From an uncultured Methanosarcinales archaeon (GTDB taxonomy: Archaea; Nanobdellota; Nanobdellia; Woesearchaeales; CAYMBN01), in the NCBI GenBank assembly GCA_964388715.1, contig CAYMBN010000010.1:1-53162 (forward strand): DNA of 53,162 bases, written 5' to 3'. Positions 38,389 to 48,270 of this stretch are shown here, one piece after another. Each line of letters starts with the position of its first letter. Within the stretch, counting starts at the first letter, position 1. The position numbers were made by a program, and so were the translations under genes. A model generated the notes under the pieces. The model saw nothing but the letters and a program-made list of their open reading frames with translations, was not told the DNA's origin and searched no databases.

Positions 38389-39939
38389 TTACTGAATATC
38401 TTCATCTTTTTTTTCTGTTAATTCTTTTGTATTATAACCAATTGTTTTTTTTTCAGATTCTAACTTATTAGCAATTTTGTAATCTTTAATAGCTTCAATA
38501 ACTGTTTGAGTTGTGTAAACAGCTGGTGTTCCAGTTTCTCTATAATGTTTACCACCCATTGTTGTTATATTATTTATTACAATTGCAATATTGTCTCCTA
38601 AGAAACCTTTTGCTGCTTCTACAATCAAATCATAGTCAATCTCTTTAAATGGTGCTTCACCACCATGTTCTTTTACTAATGCATTTGACTTATTAATATA
38701 AATTTCAAATGTTTCTTTTACATAATTATCATCAAAAGGACCAAGTCTGATTTTATTTGGAAATCTTCTTTTGAATGCATCTTCCAGATCTTCTTCTGTG
38801 TGAGTAGCACCTATTACAGTTAAATTTCTATATTTTTTAACACCATCAAGATGGACAAGTAAAGAATTATGAGCTTCATTTGAACTAGTTTCAACTTTTT
38901 TACCAGTACTTTGAAGTTCATCAATAAAAAGTATACTATGTATTCCCCTTTCTTCATTTTCTGAAACTATTTGGAATACTTTGTTAAGAAAATCTTTTTC
39001 AGCACCTCTCCATTTGCATCCTATATCATTGTAACTAACATGATACACTTTAACCTTGTCTTTTAATTTAAGTATAAGTTCATTTGCCAGTGCCTGAACA
39101 AGATAAGTTTTTCCACATCCTGGAGGACCAAGCAACAAATATCCTTTCTTCTTATATGGATCTTTTCCTGATAAATAACATGATTCTGGGTCAAGTATTT
39201 CTCCACTAATCACTTTTAACTCTTCTTTTGCATCATAAAGTCCTCCAACATCAGACCACCGAACAGGGTCAATGTGCATTGTAATCATTGAATTAACTTT
39301 TTTCTTTGAAATACCAAATAAAGAATCCATACTTTCGTGAAGTGAATCTATTTCATCTTTCCAATAATTTAATTCATCTTCATCCTCATATCTTTTTTTA
39401 TTTACTCTAGAACCACCAGCTATTTCCGGAACAGGTATTTCAGGTTTAAGTACCTGAATTTTATTATTTGGACCTTGCAATTTTAAAAACTGATAAACAA
39501 TATTTGAAAAATCCTGTAAAAATTGGAAATAAAACTTTACGTCTTTTCTAAAGATTTCTTTTGAAGAAACATCTATTCCTGTAGATTCTTCAAAATTTGT
39601 TTCAATTCTAAAACTTAAATTATTGTAATTTACTTTTATTTTAGGTTTTTCTTCTGAATTAATAATAAAATTATCTCTAGAATAGCTTTGAATCTCATAT
39701 TTTTCCTTTATTAATTTAATCAATTTTTCATATTCTGTTTCAAATGTTAAATCCCACCCCATATAATCTCTATTAGGATACATAATTGTTGCTAGTCCCT
39801 TATTTTCTTTTGTTATAACTGCACTTTTGAATGGCCTGTTTAACTTAAAACTCATTAAAGAACCATCACTATCTTCTTTAGAAAATATTTCATAGAATTT
39901 ATCAATTCCTTTTTCATCTAAGATAAGTTCAATCCCCAT
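38389..39939 (-). CDS. Single-ring classical-clade AAA+ ATPase with uncharacterised N-terminal domain
   Basis: VRWSDVGGL, GPPGCGKT, pore loop KWRG, LFIDE, SRH IGATH..LEDAFKRRF. Confidence 0.85.
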   Translation of the reverse strand: MGIELILDEKGIDKFYEIFSKEDSDGSLMSFKLNRPFKSAVITKENKGLATIMYPNRDYMGWDLTFETEYEKLIKLIKEKYEIQSYSRDNFIINSEEKPKIKVNYNNLSFRIETNFEESTGIDVSSKEIFRKDVKFYFQFLQDFSNIVYQFLKLQGPNNKIQVLKPEIPVPEIAGGSRVNKKRYEDEDELNYWKDEIDSLHESMDSLFGISKKKVNSMITMHIDPVRWSDVGGLYDAKEELKVISGEILDPESCYLSGKDPYKKKGYLLLGPPGCGKTYLVQALANELILKLKDKVKVYHVSYNDIGCKWRGAEKDFLNKVFQIVSENEERGIHSILFIDELQSTGKKVETSSNEAHNSLLVHLDGVKKYRNLTVIGATHTEEDLEDAFKRRFPNKIRLGPFDDNYVKETFEIYINKSNALVKEHGGEAPFKEIDYDLIVEAAKGFLGDNIAIVINNITTMGGKHYRETGTPAVYTTQTVIEAIKDYKIANKLESEKKTIGYNTKELTEKKDEDIQ

Positions 39940-40022
39940 ATTAACCTTCAGGTAAATCTCACTTATAAATATTTATATGATATTAATTATATAACAAATA
40001 ACCTATTTCTTAGAATATAACT

Positions 40023-41069
40023 TTATGCTGCTTCAGCTGCTTCCTCACTCTCTTCTTCAGCAGCTTCTTCTTCACTAAGTATTTCATTAATCTTACTCTC
40101 AATATTTTTTGCAGCTTCTCTTGCTTTTGCATCCTTATTCCTAATAGGAACATCAACTATCTTTTCTCTTCCAGTCTCAGGATTATACAAATAAACCCTC
40201 ATAACACTACTTTTATTTGAATAACCAATTGGAACAACTCTCACACCTTTATAATTATAAGGATTTGACAAAATATGTAAATGTCCACAAATAAAATTAA
40301 TATCAGCATTAGGATATGCTTCTTTTAATTTATCAATAACTTCATCAAGTGCTTCTTTCATTTGAACTTTTCTTTTCATTAAAGGAGTTGGATAAGGATT
40401 TTCATGTGTAAACAAATAAACTCTTTTTACATTCTTATGCTGTTTTATAACTTCCTTAGCTTGATCAGCATATCTTTTAGCTTCATCTTTAACTTGTGAA
40501 AAAGGTAAATATATTGTAAGACTATTACCATTCAACTTAGATTCAACACTATTCAACCTTCTAAAAGCATTACTACCATTAATAACATCCATATTAGTTA
40601 TACCAGATTTTCCAATTTCTTTATACGCTCTCTTTATATGTGGTTCAATTGCAAGATCAGAATTACCTACTGTATCAATTACCTGTGGAATCTTTCCTTT
40701 TGTAATTAAATTTTCCATACATTCATGTTCATACTTTGTTACATGGCTCATCTTTACCTGTTCTCTTACAAGATAATCTCTATTTTCACTCCAGACCTTA
40801 TCTACAGCTTTTCCTACATCTTGACCTTTTAATCTTGCACCAACAGCAGCATCCCTAATTAAAGACCTTCCACCTGTTTTATAATCAATACCAGTTCTAT
40901 CTCCAACAAGAACAACACTTTCTGGTTTTTTCCCAACATACTTATTAATAACATCATTAAGAGTTCTTCCCATACCTAAAACATGTTGATCAGAATACGC
41001 AACATGAGTTAAACCCTTTTGATAACTAGCAAAATCAACTACATTTCCTAGATTACCACTATAACTCAT
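40023..41069 (-). CDS. Divergent calcineurin-like metallophosphoesterase with acidic C-tail
   Basis: YSDQH, LVGD, VGNSD, FTHENP, ICGHLH. Ends EEEAAEEESEEAAEAA. Confidence 0.7.
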   Translation of the reverse strand: MSYSGNLGNVVDFASYQKGLTHVAYSDQHVLGMGRTLNDVINKYVGKKPESVVLVGDRTGIDYKTGGRSLIRDAAVGARLKGQDVGKAVDKVWSENRDYLVREQVKMSHVTKYEHECMENLITKGKIPQVIDTVGNSDLAIEPHIKRAYKEIGKSGITNMDVINGSNAFRRLNSVESKLNGNSLTIYLPFSQVKDEAKRYADQAKEVIKQHKNVKRVYLFTHENPYPTPLMKRKVQMKEALDEVIDKLKEAYPNADINFICGHLHILSNPYNYKGVRVVPIGYSNKSSVMRVYLYNPETGREKIVDVPIRNKDAKAREAAKNIESKINEILSEEEAAEEESEEAAEAA

Positions 41070-41209
41070 TGTTTATCCCCCTCTTGCAAGAATTTCTTAA
41101 CAGCATGTTCAATAAGATGAGACTTATTCCTAAACAAACCATCTCTCATTTTGTCCTGCACCTTAAGTACAGTCTCAAAATCCACTGATATGCTTAGTTT
41201 ATGTTTCAT
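41066..41209 (-). CDS. Ribbon-helix-helix (CopG/Arc/MetJ) DNA-binding protein, 47 aa
   Basis: Not in ORF track. MKHKLSISVDFETVLKVQDKMRDGLFRNKSHLIEHAVKKFLQEGDKQ; ATGA overlap with the downstream gene; TATA box 30 nt upstream. Confidence 0.85.
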   Translation of the reverse strand: MKHKLSISVDFETVLKVQDKMRDGLFRNKSHLIEHAVKKFLQEGDKQ

Positions 41210-41215
41210 ACACAC

Positions 41216-41239
41216 TACTTAGTATTACTAGTATTTAAA
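41216..41239 (-). promoter_or_regulatory. Leaderless promoter with overlapping TAGTA/TACTA inverted repeats (probable RHH autorepression operator)
   Basis: Minus-strand TTTAAATA at 41232-41239, followed by TACTAGTA and TAGTA-N-TACTA palindromes before ATG 41209. Confidence 0.55.
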
Positions 41240-41379
41240 TCTTTCTATTTGTAACTACTCAAGAGTGATACTAAAACCTTCAAAAAGGCACAATTTGACC
41301 ATTTCAAACCCCCCAAAACACGCTCCTCAGCCCCCCAAACCAATAATTTTATATATCCTCATTTAATCCCAATTTAATA

Positions 41380-42039
41380 ATGAATGCCTTAAGTCATGAA
41401 TATTGTAATTTATTGCCAGAAGACCTTGGAAGCACTATGGGTAATTTATGGCCTGATGCTTTTAAATATTCAGGTCAAAAAGTTGATTCTCATTCTATAG
41501 ATAGATTATGTAATATCAAAACCAATGATCCTTTGATGAGAAAAATTATGGCAGGTATGTTAAATCATATTATTTTTGATGCAAGATTTCACAATTCAGA
41601 ATATTTTAAAAATAAGGTTTCACATGTAAAAGGAATAATCACCAAAAATGATGGTGTTATTCCAAGCCCTGAAACTTTTTCTCATGTATTAGTTGAACTT
41701 ATGATTGATGTTTACCTACATGAAAAACATCCTGAACTTGCTGGAAGGATACACAATGCTTTTGATAAGATACAATTAATACCTGCATTAGAAGAAGTTT
41801 CCCCACATTATGGTTTTAACCCTCAGACAGTTGGGCAAGCAATTAATAAATTTTTATCAGATGGTTGTCTTACATCTTACATTAACCCAGAAGCAATGTT
41901 TTCAACAGTTAGTCATTTCTTTGATGTTGTTATGAATACAAACCTAACACCTTACAAGGAACCTTGTTTAAGGATTATTGAACTATCGTATCCTTTAATG
42001 GAAGATTTTCCTTTACTTTTTCAAGAAATTAAACCATAA
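41380..42039 (+). CDS. AcpH/DUF479 (ACP phosphodiesterase) or Zn-phospholipase-C-like helical metallohydrolase
   Basis: MNALSH, GNLWPD, G..NHIIFD..FH, HVLVELMID..L match the spacing of the AcpH motifs MNxLAH/GNxxxD/HxxxD/DxxxD. Confidence 0.6.
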   Translation: MNALSHEYCNLLPEDLGSTMGNLWPDAFKYSGQKVDSHSIDRLCNIKTNDPLMRKIMAGMLNHIIFDARFHNSEYFKNKVSHVKGIITKNDGVIPSPETFSHVLVELMIDVYLHEKHPELAGRIHNAFDKIQLIPALEEVSPHYGFNPQTVGQAINKFLSDGCLTSYINPEAMFSTVSHFFDVVMNTNLTPYKEPCLRIIELSYPLMEDFPLLFQEIKP

Positions 42040-42072
42040 ATTTTTAAAACCAATTCTAATTATAACTGTTAT

Positions 42073-42214
42073 GGACCTGTAGCCTAGCCTGGTAAACATG
42101 GTTTAGGCAAATAGGGCGACAGCCTCCTATTTCAAAGCTTCGCTTTGTAATCCTTCAAAAAGCGAGCTTTTTGAAGTAAGCTGTAGATCGAGAGTTCGAA
42201 TCTCTCCAGGTCCG
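42073..42214 (+). tRNA. tRNA-Arg(CCT) with two introns (18 nt at 19/20, 42093-42110; 49 nt at 37/38, 42130-42178)
   Basis: Spliced product GGACCTG TA GCCT AGCCTGG|ATA GGGC G ACAGC CT CCT A|A GCTGT AGATC GAGAG TTCGAAT CTCTC CAGGTCC G is a typical archaeal tRNA-Arg. The D-loop intron forms a full hBHBh'. Confidence 0.92.
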
Positions 42215-42217
42215 TTC

Positions 42218-43300
42218 ATGCAAATATCATTTATTACAGAAGGATTCAGAATGTTTTGTAATAGATTCAGGACTCCAACTAAATACAAAGGTAATGCACA
42301 ACAAATATGTGAACAAATCATCAATGACTGCTGGAATGGTACTTTTTTCCAAACATCAAAAAGAAACTTTTCTCAATTCTGGACAAGAGATTTTGGAATG
42401 TGCTGTGAATCTTTAATAAAACTTGGTTACAAGAATAAAGTTAGAATGACACTTAACTATGCACTTTCAATCTTTCAAAAACACAACAAAATCACAACAC
42501 ACATTACTCCAAAAGGAAAACCAATTGATTTTCCCAATTACACACCAGAATCACTTGCTTACATTATACACTGTCTAAAACTCCTCGGAGATAAAAAATT
42601 AATAGAAAAGTACAAACCTTTTCTAAAACAACAAGTAAAATATTGTTATGATATTGCTTTTGATCCTGTGAATGGGATTGTTAGAAGGAAACAAAAATTT
42701 TCAACAATGCGTGATCATTATGTAAGAGATTCTTCAATGTACAATAATTGTATGTTAGCAATGTTATCAAATGATTTATACAAACTAAAATTAAACAACC
42801 CATTCGAATCTTATGATTTTGAAAGTATTTTAAAAAAATTATTCTGGACAGGCTCATATTTCCAAGATGACCTAAACAAAGAAAATTATATTAGCGGTGA
42901 CGCAAACATCTTTCCATTCTGGACAAAAACATTTACAGATAAACAAATGTTTAAAGCTTGTTTAAAATCAATAAACAAAACCAACCTAGATAAACCATTT
43001 CCACTTAAATACACTAACCAAAGATTAAAACATAAAGAAAACTCATACTCTTTCTTTGCACCAAACTATGAAGGAAACACACTCTGGCTTCATCTTGGTT
43101 TATGCTTTGTAAAAACAGTCAAGATGTTCAACAAAAAACTAGCTCTAAAGTATATCAACCAATACACTGAACTAATAGAAAAACATAAAAATTTATTAGA
43201 AGTCTTTAATCCAGATACTACACCATATAAAACTTTATTATACAAAACAGATTCATCAATGTTATGGGCAGCAATCTATTTAGAACTAATAAAATGTTAA
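42218..43300 (+). CDS. (alpha/alpha)6-barrel glycoside hydrolase-like protein (amylo-alpha-1,6-glucosidase/GH63-like)
   Basis: FWTRDF motif, DANIFPFW, YEGNTLW, LLEV, MLWAA. Upstream of two GT2 genes. Confidence 0.65.
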   Translation: MQISFITEGFRMFCNRFRTPTKYKGNAQQICEQIINDCWNGTFFQTSKRNFSQFWTRDFGMCCESLIKLGYKNKVRMTLNYALSIFQKHNKITTHITPKGKPIDFPNYTPESLAYIIHCLKLLGDKKLIEKYKPFLKQQVKYCYDIAFDPVNGIVRRKQKFSTMRDHYVRDSSMYNNCMLAMLSNDLYKLKLNNPFESYDFESILKKLFWTGSYFQDDLNKENYISGDANIFPFWTKTFTDKQMFKACLKSINKTNLDKPFPLKYTNQRLKHKENSYSFFAPNYEGNTLWLHLGLCFVKTVKMFNKKLALKYINQYTELIEKHKNLLEVFNPDTTPYKTLLYKTDSSMLWAAIYLELIKC

Positions 43301-43992
43301 GCATAATAATTCCAGCATACAACGAAGAAACAGTAATATCTAAAACACTTGACTCACTTAAACAACAAACCTTTCAAGATTTTGAAATCATTGTAATTGC
43401 AAACGGTTGTAAAGACAAAACAGCTTCAATTGCAAAAAGATACACCCAAAAAGTAATCACCACAAAAGCATTAGGAGTAGCTAATGCACGTAACTATGGT
43501 GTAAAATACGCAAAATATGAACAAATAATGTTTCTTGATGCTGATACTGTTCTACAAAAAGATTTCCTTGCAAGAGCAATGACAGAAATCAAAAAAAGAA
43601 ATCTTGATGTTGCAGCATGTAAAATAAAATCAGCAAATGGCATGATTTTAGTTGACCTTGGCTTTACAATCTACAACTATTTCTCCTTAATCAGCCAATT
43701 CTTTCACGCATATGGCATAGGTTGTTGTATTTTTTCAACAAAAACAGCTCACAAAAAAATAAAAGGCTTTGATTCAAGAATAACTTTAGGAGAAGACCAT
43801 GCTTATGTTGATCTTGCAAGAAAACATTTCAAATTTAGAATATTAAAATCAGTTATTCTTCACATTAACATGCGAAGATACAAAAAATTTGGAGTAATAA
43901 AAATCTTTGCAGAATACTTAATGGTAGGTTTTTACAGATTCTTTTTTGGAGAATGGAAAAGAAAGATTAATTACAATTATGATTACAAATGA
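43294..43992 (+). CDS. Glycosyltransferase family 2
   Basis: Start reassigned to 43294. SIIIPAYNEE, ARNYG, FLDAD, GFD..GED. Confidence 0.93.
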   Translation: MLSIIIPAYNEETVISKTLDSLKQQTFQDFEIIVIANGCKDKTASIAKRYTQKVITTKALGVANARNYGVKYAKYEQIMFLDADTVLQKDFLARAMTEIKKRNLDVAACKIKSANGMILVDLGFTIYNYFSLISQFFHAYGIGCCIFSTKTAHKKIKGFDSRITLGEDHAYVDLARKHFKFRILKSVILHINMRRYKKFGVIKIFAEYLMVGFYRFFFGEWKRKINYNYDYK

Positions 43993-44687
43993 TATCAATA
44001 ATAATTCCAACATTAAATGAAGAAAAATATTTACCTAAACTTCTTAATTCAATCAAACAACAATCTTTCAAAGATTATGAAATCATAATTTCAGACGCAA
44101 AATCAAATGACAACACCCTCAAAATAGCAAAACAGTACAAAACAAAAATCATTTCCTCAAATCCAAATATCTCATTACAAAGAAACCTTGGCGCAAAACA
44201 AGCAAAAGGAGACATTCTCTTTTTCATGGACGCAGACACAATCCTTCCACACAACAACTTTCTAAAAAATATAACCTTCCTCTTCAAAAACCCAAAAATA
44301 ACCTCAATCACAGTCAAACTAAAACCAACAGATAAATCATTCAAAGCACAATTTTGGTTTAATCTTTTTCATTTAGTATACAAAACATGTCATTTTCTAG
44401 GAATTCCATCAGGCACAGGTGCAACACAATACATAAGAAAAAACATTTTTAATAAAATAAATGGTTTCGATGAAAAAATGTTAATCAGCGAAGACATTGA
44501 TTTATTAAGAAGATTAAATAAACACGGAAAAAACATATATTATAGCAAAGAATTCATTTTCATCTCAACAAGAAGATTTGACAGGCACGGATATCTTAAA
44601 GTAATATTTTTGCAATGGAATATAAACAATTTATGGCTATTCCTATTCAACAAACCATTCATGAAAAAACAAGAACCAGTAAGATAA
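43989..44687 (+). CDS. Glycosyltransferase family 2
   Basis: SIIIPTLNEE, QRNLG, FMDAD, GFDE..SED, STRRF. Confidence 0.93.
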   Translation: MISIIIPTLNEEKYLPKLLNSIKQQSFKDYEIIISDAKSNDNTLKIAKQYKTKIISSNPNISLQRNLGAKQAKGDILFFMDADTILPHNNFLKNITFLFKNPKITSITVKLKPTDKSFKAQFWFNLFHLVYKTCHFLGIPSGTGATQYIRKNIFNKINGFDEKMLISEDIDLLRRLNKHGKNIYYSKEFIFISTRRFDRHGYLKVIFLQWNINNLWLFLFNKPFMKKQEPVR

Positions 44688-46502
44688 CTAACCTCTCTCT
44701 TTCTTCAACATCTCAACAATCTTTTTACCGTCTGCTTTTCCTTTCAGCTTACTCATTACAATTCCAATCAATGCTTTGAATGGTAGATCTTTATTCTTAG
44801 AAACAATAACCTTAATCTGTTCCCGCAACTCTTTATCACTCATCAGCTCATACTTACTAATTACCTGCACAACAGGTTTATTCTCTTTCAAGATACTCAG
44901 AACAGAGTCTTTTGAAATCCTTCCTTTATTCAATTCCTTAAACAACAACCTATAATCTTCGTCACTTGGATTAATCTCAACATTAAACTGTCTTTTAATA
45001 GAACGAGGCGCAGTTAAAATCACTTCTGCAATAAATCCAGGCTTAATCTGTTTAAACTTCTCAGCAAACTCTTCAAACAAATCAACTTTATTAGATTTAG
45101 CTAGTAATTTAGCAAGATCCTCACCCAACTTATGCTTCTCCCTGTAACGTTTTGATTTATCAGAAATTAACTCAGGCAAAACAACATCTTTTGTATCTGT
45201 TTTAATTACTTTAATATCAGTCTCAGGATACATTCTCGCAGAACCAGGCATTGGTCTCAAATAAGATGAAGTACCATCATCATTTGCCTTCCTAACTTCG
45301 CCTGGAACACCATCAAAAACCTCTTTAGCTCTTTCAACAACAGCATCAAGTGCTCTCTCACACTTATCTTTCTGATCAGCAACAATAACAAACCCATCAC
45401 TTTTACCGCACTTCAACAACTTGTTCACTTTTTCAACTTCTTTTTCAGTTATACCATACTTAGGAAGTTCATCAGAATGAAATATTCCACCTACCCCTGC
45501 TTTTACTTTAGCTCTCTCATTCATTTCAGTACCAAGCCTTTTTCCAACTTGAACTTCTTGACCAATAAAACCTTTAAAACCTTCAAGTTTAACACCAATA
45601 ACAACATCTTTTTTCAAAGCATTCTTAATAATATTAGAATCACACTTTCCAAAAGCTTTAGAAACATCAACTTTCCTACCAATTAACTTTTTCTTCTTAA
45701 TTTTTTTCTTTATATCAATCAAATTAATCTGCCTAATAACCTCATTCTCAACTAACTTTGGAATCATTCTAAGATCTTGTGCACCTTTAATTTCTATTCT
45801 ACTTCCACCAATAATACTAACATTAACATCCTGTCTTATCGTACCAAGTCCTCTCTTAACCCTACCAGTACTTCTAAGAATCATTCCTAACATACCTGCA
45901 GTTTCTTTACATTGATCAGGATAATGTATATCAGCTTTAGTTGCAATCTCAACCAACGGAATCCCTAACCTATCAAGCCTATACCTTACAAAATCACCTC
46001 CTCTCTCAATTATCCTTGCAGCATCTTCTTCAAGACAAACAGTATCAACATGTACTCTACCTTTTTTAGTTTCAATAAAACCATGTCTTGCAATCAAAGC
46101 AGTCCTTTGAAAACCAGAAGTATTACTACCATCCACAACAGTTTTTCTCATAACTTGTATATAATCAACAGGCTTTGACTTTAACATCAAAGAAACCTGC
46201 AATGCAACATTAAGTGCATCATCATTAAGTGGATGAGGTGGCTCTTCATCTAACTCAACAAGACAAGTACCGTTAGAATATGCTTCATAAACATAATATT
46301 TTTCTTTCTTCTGCTCATGCTCAGCTGCAATATCAACCTTACCAGTCTCACCAGCAGCAGCTCTCAATCTTCTTTTAATAACAACATCAGGAACATCATC
46401 TCTTAATACACCATCACAATTACAGAATAACTTCTTAGTATCAAGCTGTTGATGAATCTCAATCCCACATTTCAACCCCAACTTAACATAATCCAACACC
46501 AT
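44688..46502 (-). CDS. gatE: Glu-tRNA(Gln) amidotransferase subunit GatE
   Basis: Start reassigned to 46502. LKCGIEIHQQL, MRKTVVDGSNTSGFQRT, RLGIPLVEI, RGLGTIRQDVNVSI, FHSDELP, RMYPETD. Confidence 0.97.
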   Translation of the reverse strand: MVLDYVKLGLKCGIEIHQQLDTKKLFCNCDGVLRDDVPDVVIKRRLRAAAGETGKVDIAAEHEQKKEKYYVYEAYSNGTCLVELDEEPPHPLNDDALNVALQVSLMLKSKPVDYIQVMRKTVVDGSNTSGFQRTALIARHGFIETKKGRVHVDTVCLEEDAARIIERGGDFVRYRLDRLGIPLVEIATKADIHYPDQCKETAGMLGMILRSTGRVKRGLGTIRQDVNVSIIGGSRIEIKGAQDLRMIPKLVENEVIRQINLIDIKKKIKKKKLIGRKVDVSKAFGKCDSNIIKNALKKDVVIGVKLEGFKGFIGQEVQVGKRLGTEMNERAKVKAGVGGIFHSDELPKYGITEKEVEKVNKLLKCGKSDGFVIVADQKDKCERALDAVVERAKEVFDGVPGEVRKANDDGTSSYLRPMPGSARMYPETDIKVIKTDTKDVVLPELISDKSKRYREKHKLGEDLAKLLAKSNKVDLFEEFAEKFKQIKPGFIAEVILTAPRSIKRQFNVEINPSDEDYRLLFKELNKGRISKDSVLSILKENKPVVQVISKYELMSDKELREQIKVIVSKNKDLPFKALIGIVMSKLKGKADGKKIVEMLKKERG

Positions 46503-46619
46503 TTTACTTAAATTATGAAAGTATTGTTTATTAATGTTTCTAAAAAAACCATTATTTACCATAACCTTTAAATATGCCCTGTTTTTTACATATTTTTATT
46601 ACTCAAGGGGGTATATAAA

Positions 46620-48254
46620 ATGTCAGATAATAAACAAGTACAACCTATATTCATTATGCCAGAAGGTACTCAACGAAATACAGGAAGGAGTGCTCAACGT
46701 ACAAATATTCTAGCTGCTAAACTAGTAGCAGAAACAGTTAGAACAACTTTAGGTCCAAAAGGAATGGATAAAATGATTGTTGACTCATTAGGAGATGTTA
46801 CTGTAACAAATGATGGTGTTACAATCCTTGATGAAATGCAAATTGAACATCCTACAGCTAAGATGATTGTTGAAGTAGCAAAAACACAAGAAGATGAAGT
46901 TGGAGATGGTACAACTACAGCTGTTGTTCTTGCAGGTGAACTATTAAAAAACGCAGAAAATCTTATTGAACAAAACATTCATCCTACAGTAATTTCAAAA
47001 GGATACAGATTAGCAGCAGAAAAAGCTGCAGAAATTCTTGATAAAATTTCAGAAAATGTTTCAATCAAAGAGGATAGTATCATGAAAAAGATTTGTATGA
47101 CTGCAATGACAGGTAAAGGTGCAGAACATGCAAAAGAACAATTGTCTGACATGGCTGTAAGAGCTGTCAAAAGGGTTGTTGATGAAAACAATAGTGTTGA
47201 CAGAGACAATATTAAGATAGAAAAGAAAAGTGGCGGTTCTGTAGAAGAATCTGAACTAATTGAAGGTATTGTTTTAGACAAAGAAAAAGTACATTCAGGA
47301 ATGCCTTCTACTATTGAAAATGCAAGAATTGCACTTTTAGACATTGCTATTGAAATAAAAAACACAGAAATCGACGCTAAAATCCAAATAACAAACCCAG
47401 AACAAATGCAAGCATTCCTTGATCAAGAACATATGATGTTAAGAAACATGGCACAAAAAATAATTGATTCTGGTGCAAATGTTTTATTCTGTCAAAAAGG
47501 TATTGATGATCTAGCACAACATTTCCTAGCAAAAGCAGGTATATATGCTGCAAGAAGAGTAAAAAAATCAGACATGGACAAACTTAATTTGGCAACCAGT
47601 GCAAAAATTGTTAGCAACCTTGATGACTTAAACGAATCTGATCTTGGTAAAGCAGGATTAGTAAGAGAAGTAAAAGTTGGGGATGAAGAAATGACTTATG
47701 TTGAACAATGTAAAAATCCTAAAGCAGTTACAATGTTAATAAGGGGCGGAACAGAACATGTTATTGATGAAGTTAAACGTGCTGTTGAAGATGCAGTTGG
47801 TGATCTTGCTGCAACACTAAAAAACGGAAAAGCAGTTTCAGGCGCAGGCTCAACAGAAATAGAACTTGCAAGACAACTTTTCAAATATGCAAAATCATTA
47901 GGTGGAAGAGAACAACTTGCTGTTGAAGCTTTTGCAAATGCAATGGAAGTTATTCCAAAAACACTTGCAGAAAACGCAGGTCTTGATCCAATTGATGTTA
48001 TTACAGAACTTAAATCAGCACATGACAAACAAGAAAAGAATGCTGGTATTGATGTGTTCAGTGGAAAAGTAATTAATGCATGGAAAAAAGGAGTTATTGA
48101 ACCACTTAAAATCAAAACACAAGCAGTAAGTTCAGCTTCTGAAGTAGCAGTAATGATATTAAGAATTGATGATGTTATTGCAGGTGGACCTTCAAATGCA
48201 GCACCTCAAATACCTCCTGGTGGTATGGGAATGCCTCCTGGCGGTATGATGTAA
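46620..48254 (+). CDS. ths: Thermosome (group II chaperonin) subunit
   Basis: [24 protein letters not shown]-terminal GGM tail. Confidence 0.98.
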   Translation: MSDNKQVQPIFIMPEGTQRNTGRSAQRTNILAAKLVAETVRTTLGPKGMDKMIVDSLGDVTVTNDGVTILDEMQIEHPTAKMIVEVAKTQEDEVGDGTTTAVVLAGELLKNAENLIEQNIHPTVISKGYRLAAEKAAEILDKISENVSIKEDSIMKKICMTAMTGKGAEHAKEQLSDMAVRAVKRVVDENNSVDRDNIKIEKKSGGSVEESELIEGIVLDKEKVHSGMPSTIENARIALLDIAIEIKNTEIDAKIQITNPEQMQAFLDQEHMMLRNMAQKIIDSGANVLFCQKGIDDLAQHFLAKAGIYAARRVKKSDMDKLNLATSAKIVSNLDDLNESDLGKAGLVREVKVGDEEMTYVEQCKNPKAVTMLIRGGTEHVIDEVKRAVEDAVGDLAATLKNGKAVSGAGSTEIELARQLFKYAKSLGGREQLAVEAFANAMEVIPKTLAENAGLDPIDVITELKSAHDKQEKNAGIDVFSGKVINAWKKGVIEPLKIKTQAVSSASEVAVMILRIDDVIAGGPSNAAPQIPPGGMGMPPGGMM

Positions 48255-48270
48255 TTAATTTTCTTTTTTC

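Noticed and set aside
42127..42324. 65-aa minus-strand ORF
   Set aside because: Antisense to tRNA-Arg and the glycoside hydrolase start.
38389..44687. Integrated element at tRNA-Arg
   Set aside because: Accessory-looking genes flank the tRNA, but no integrase and no duplicated tRNA 3' end (att site) was seen.
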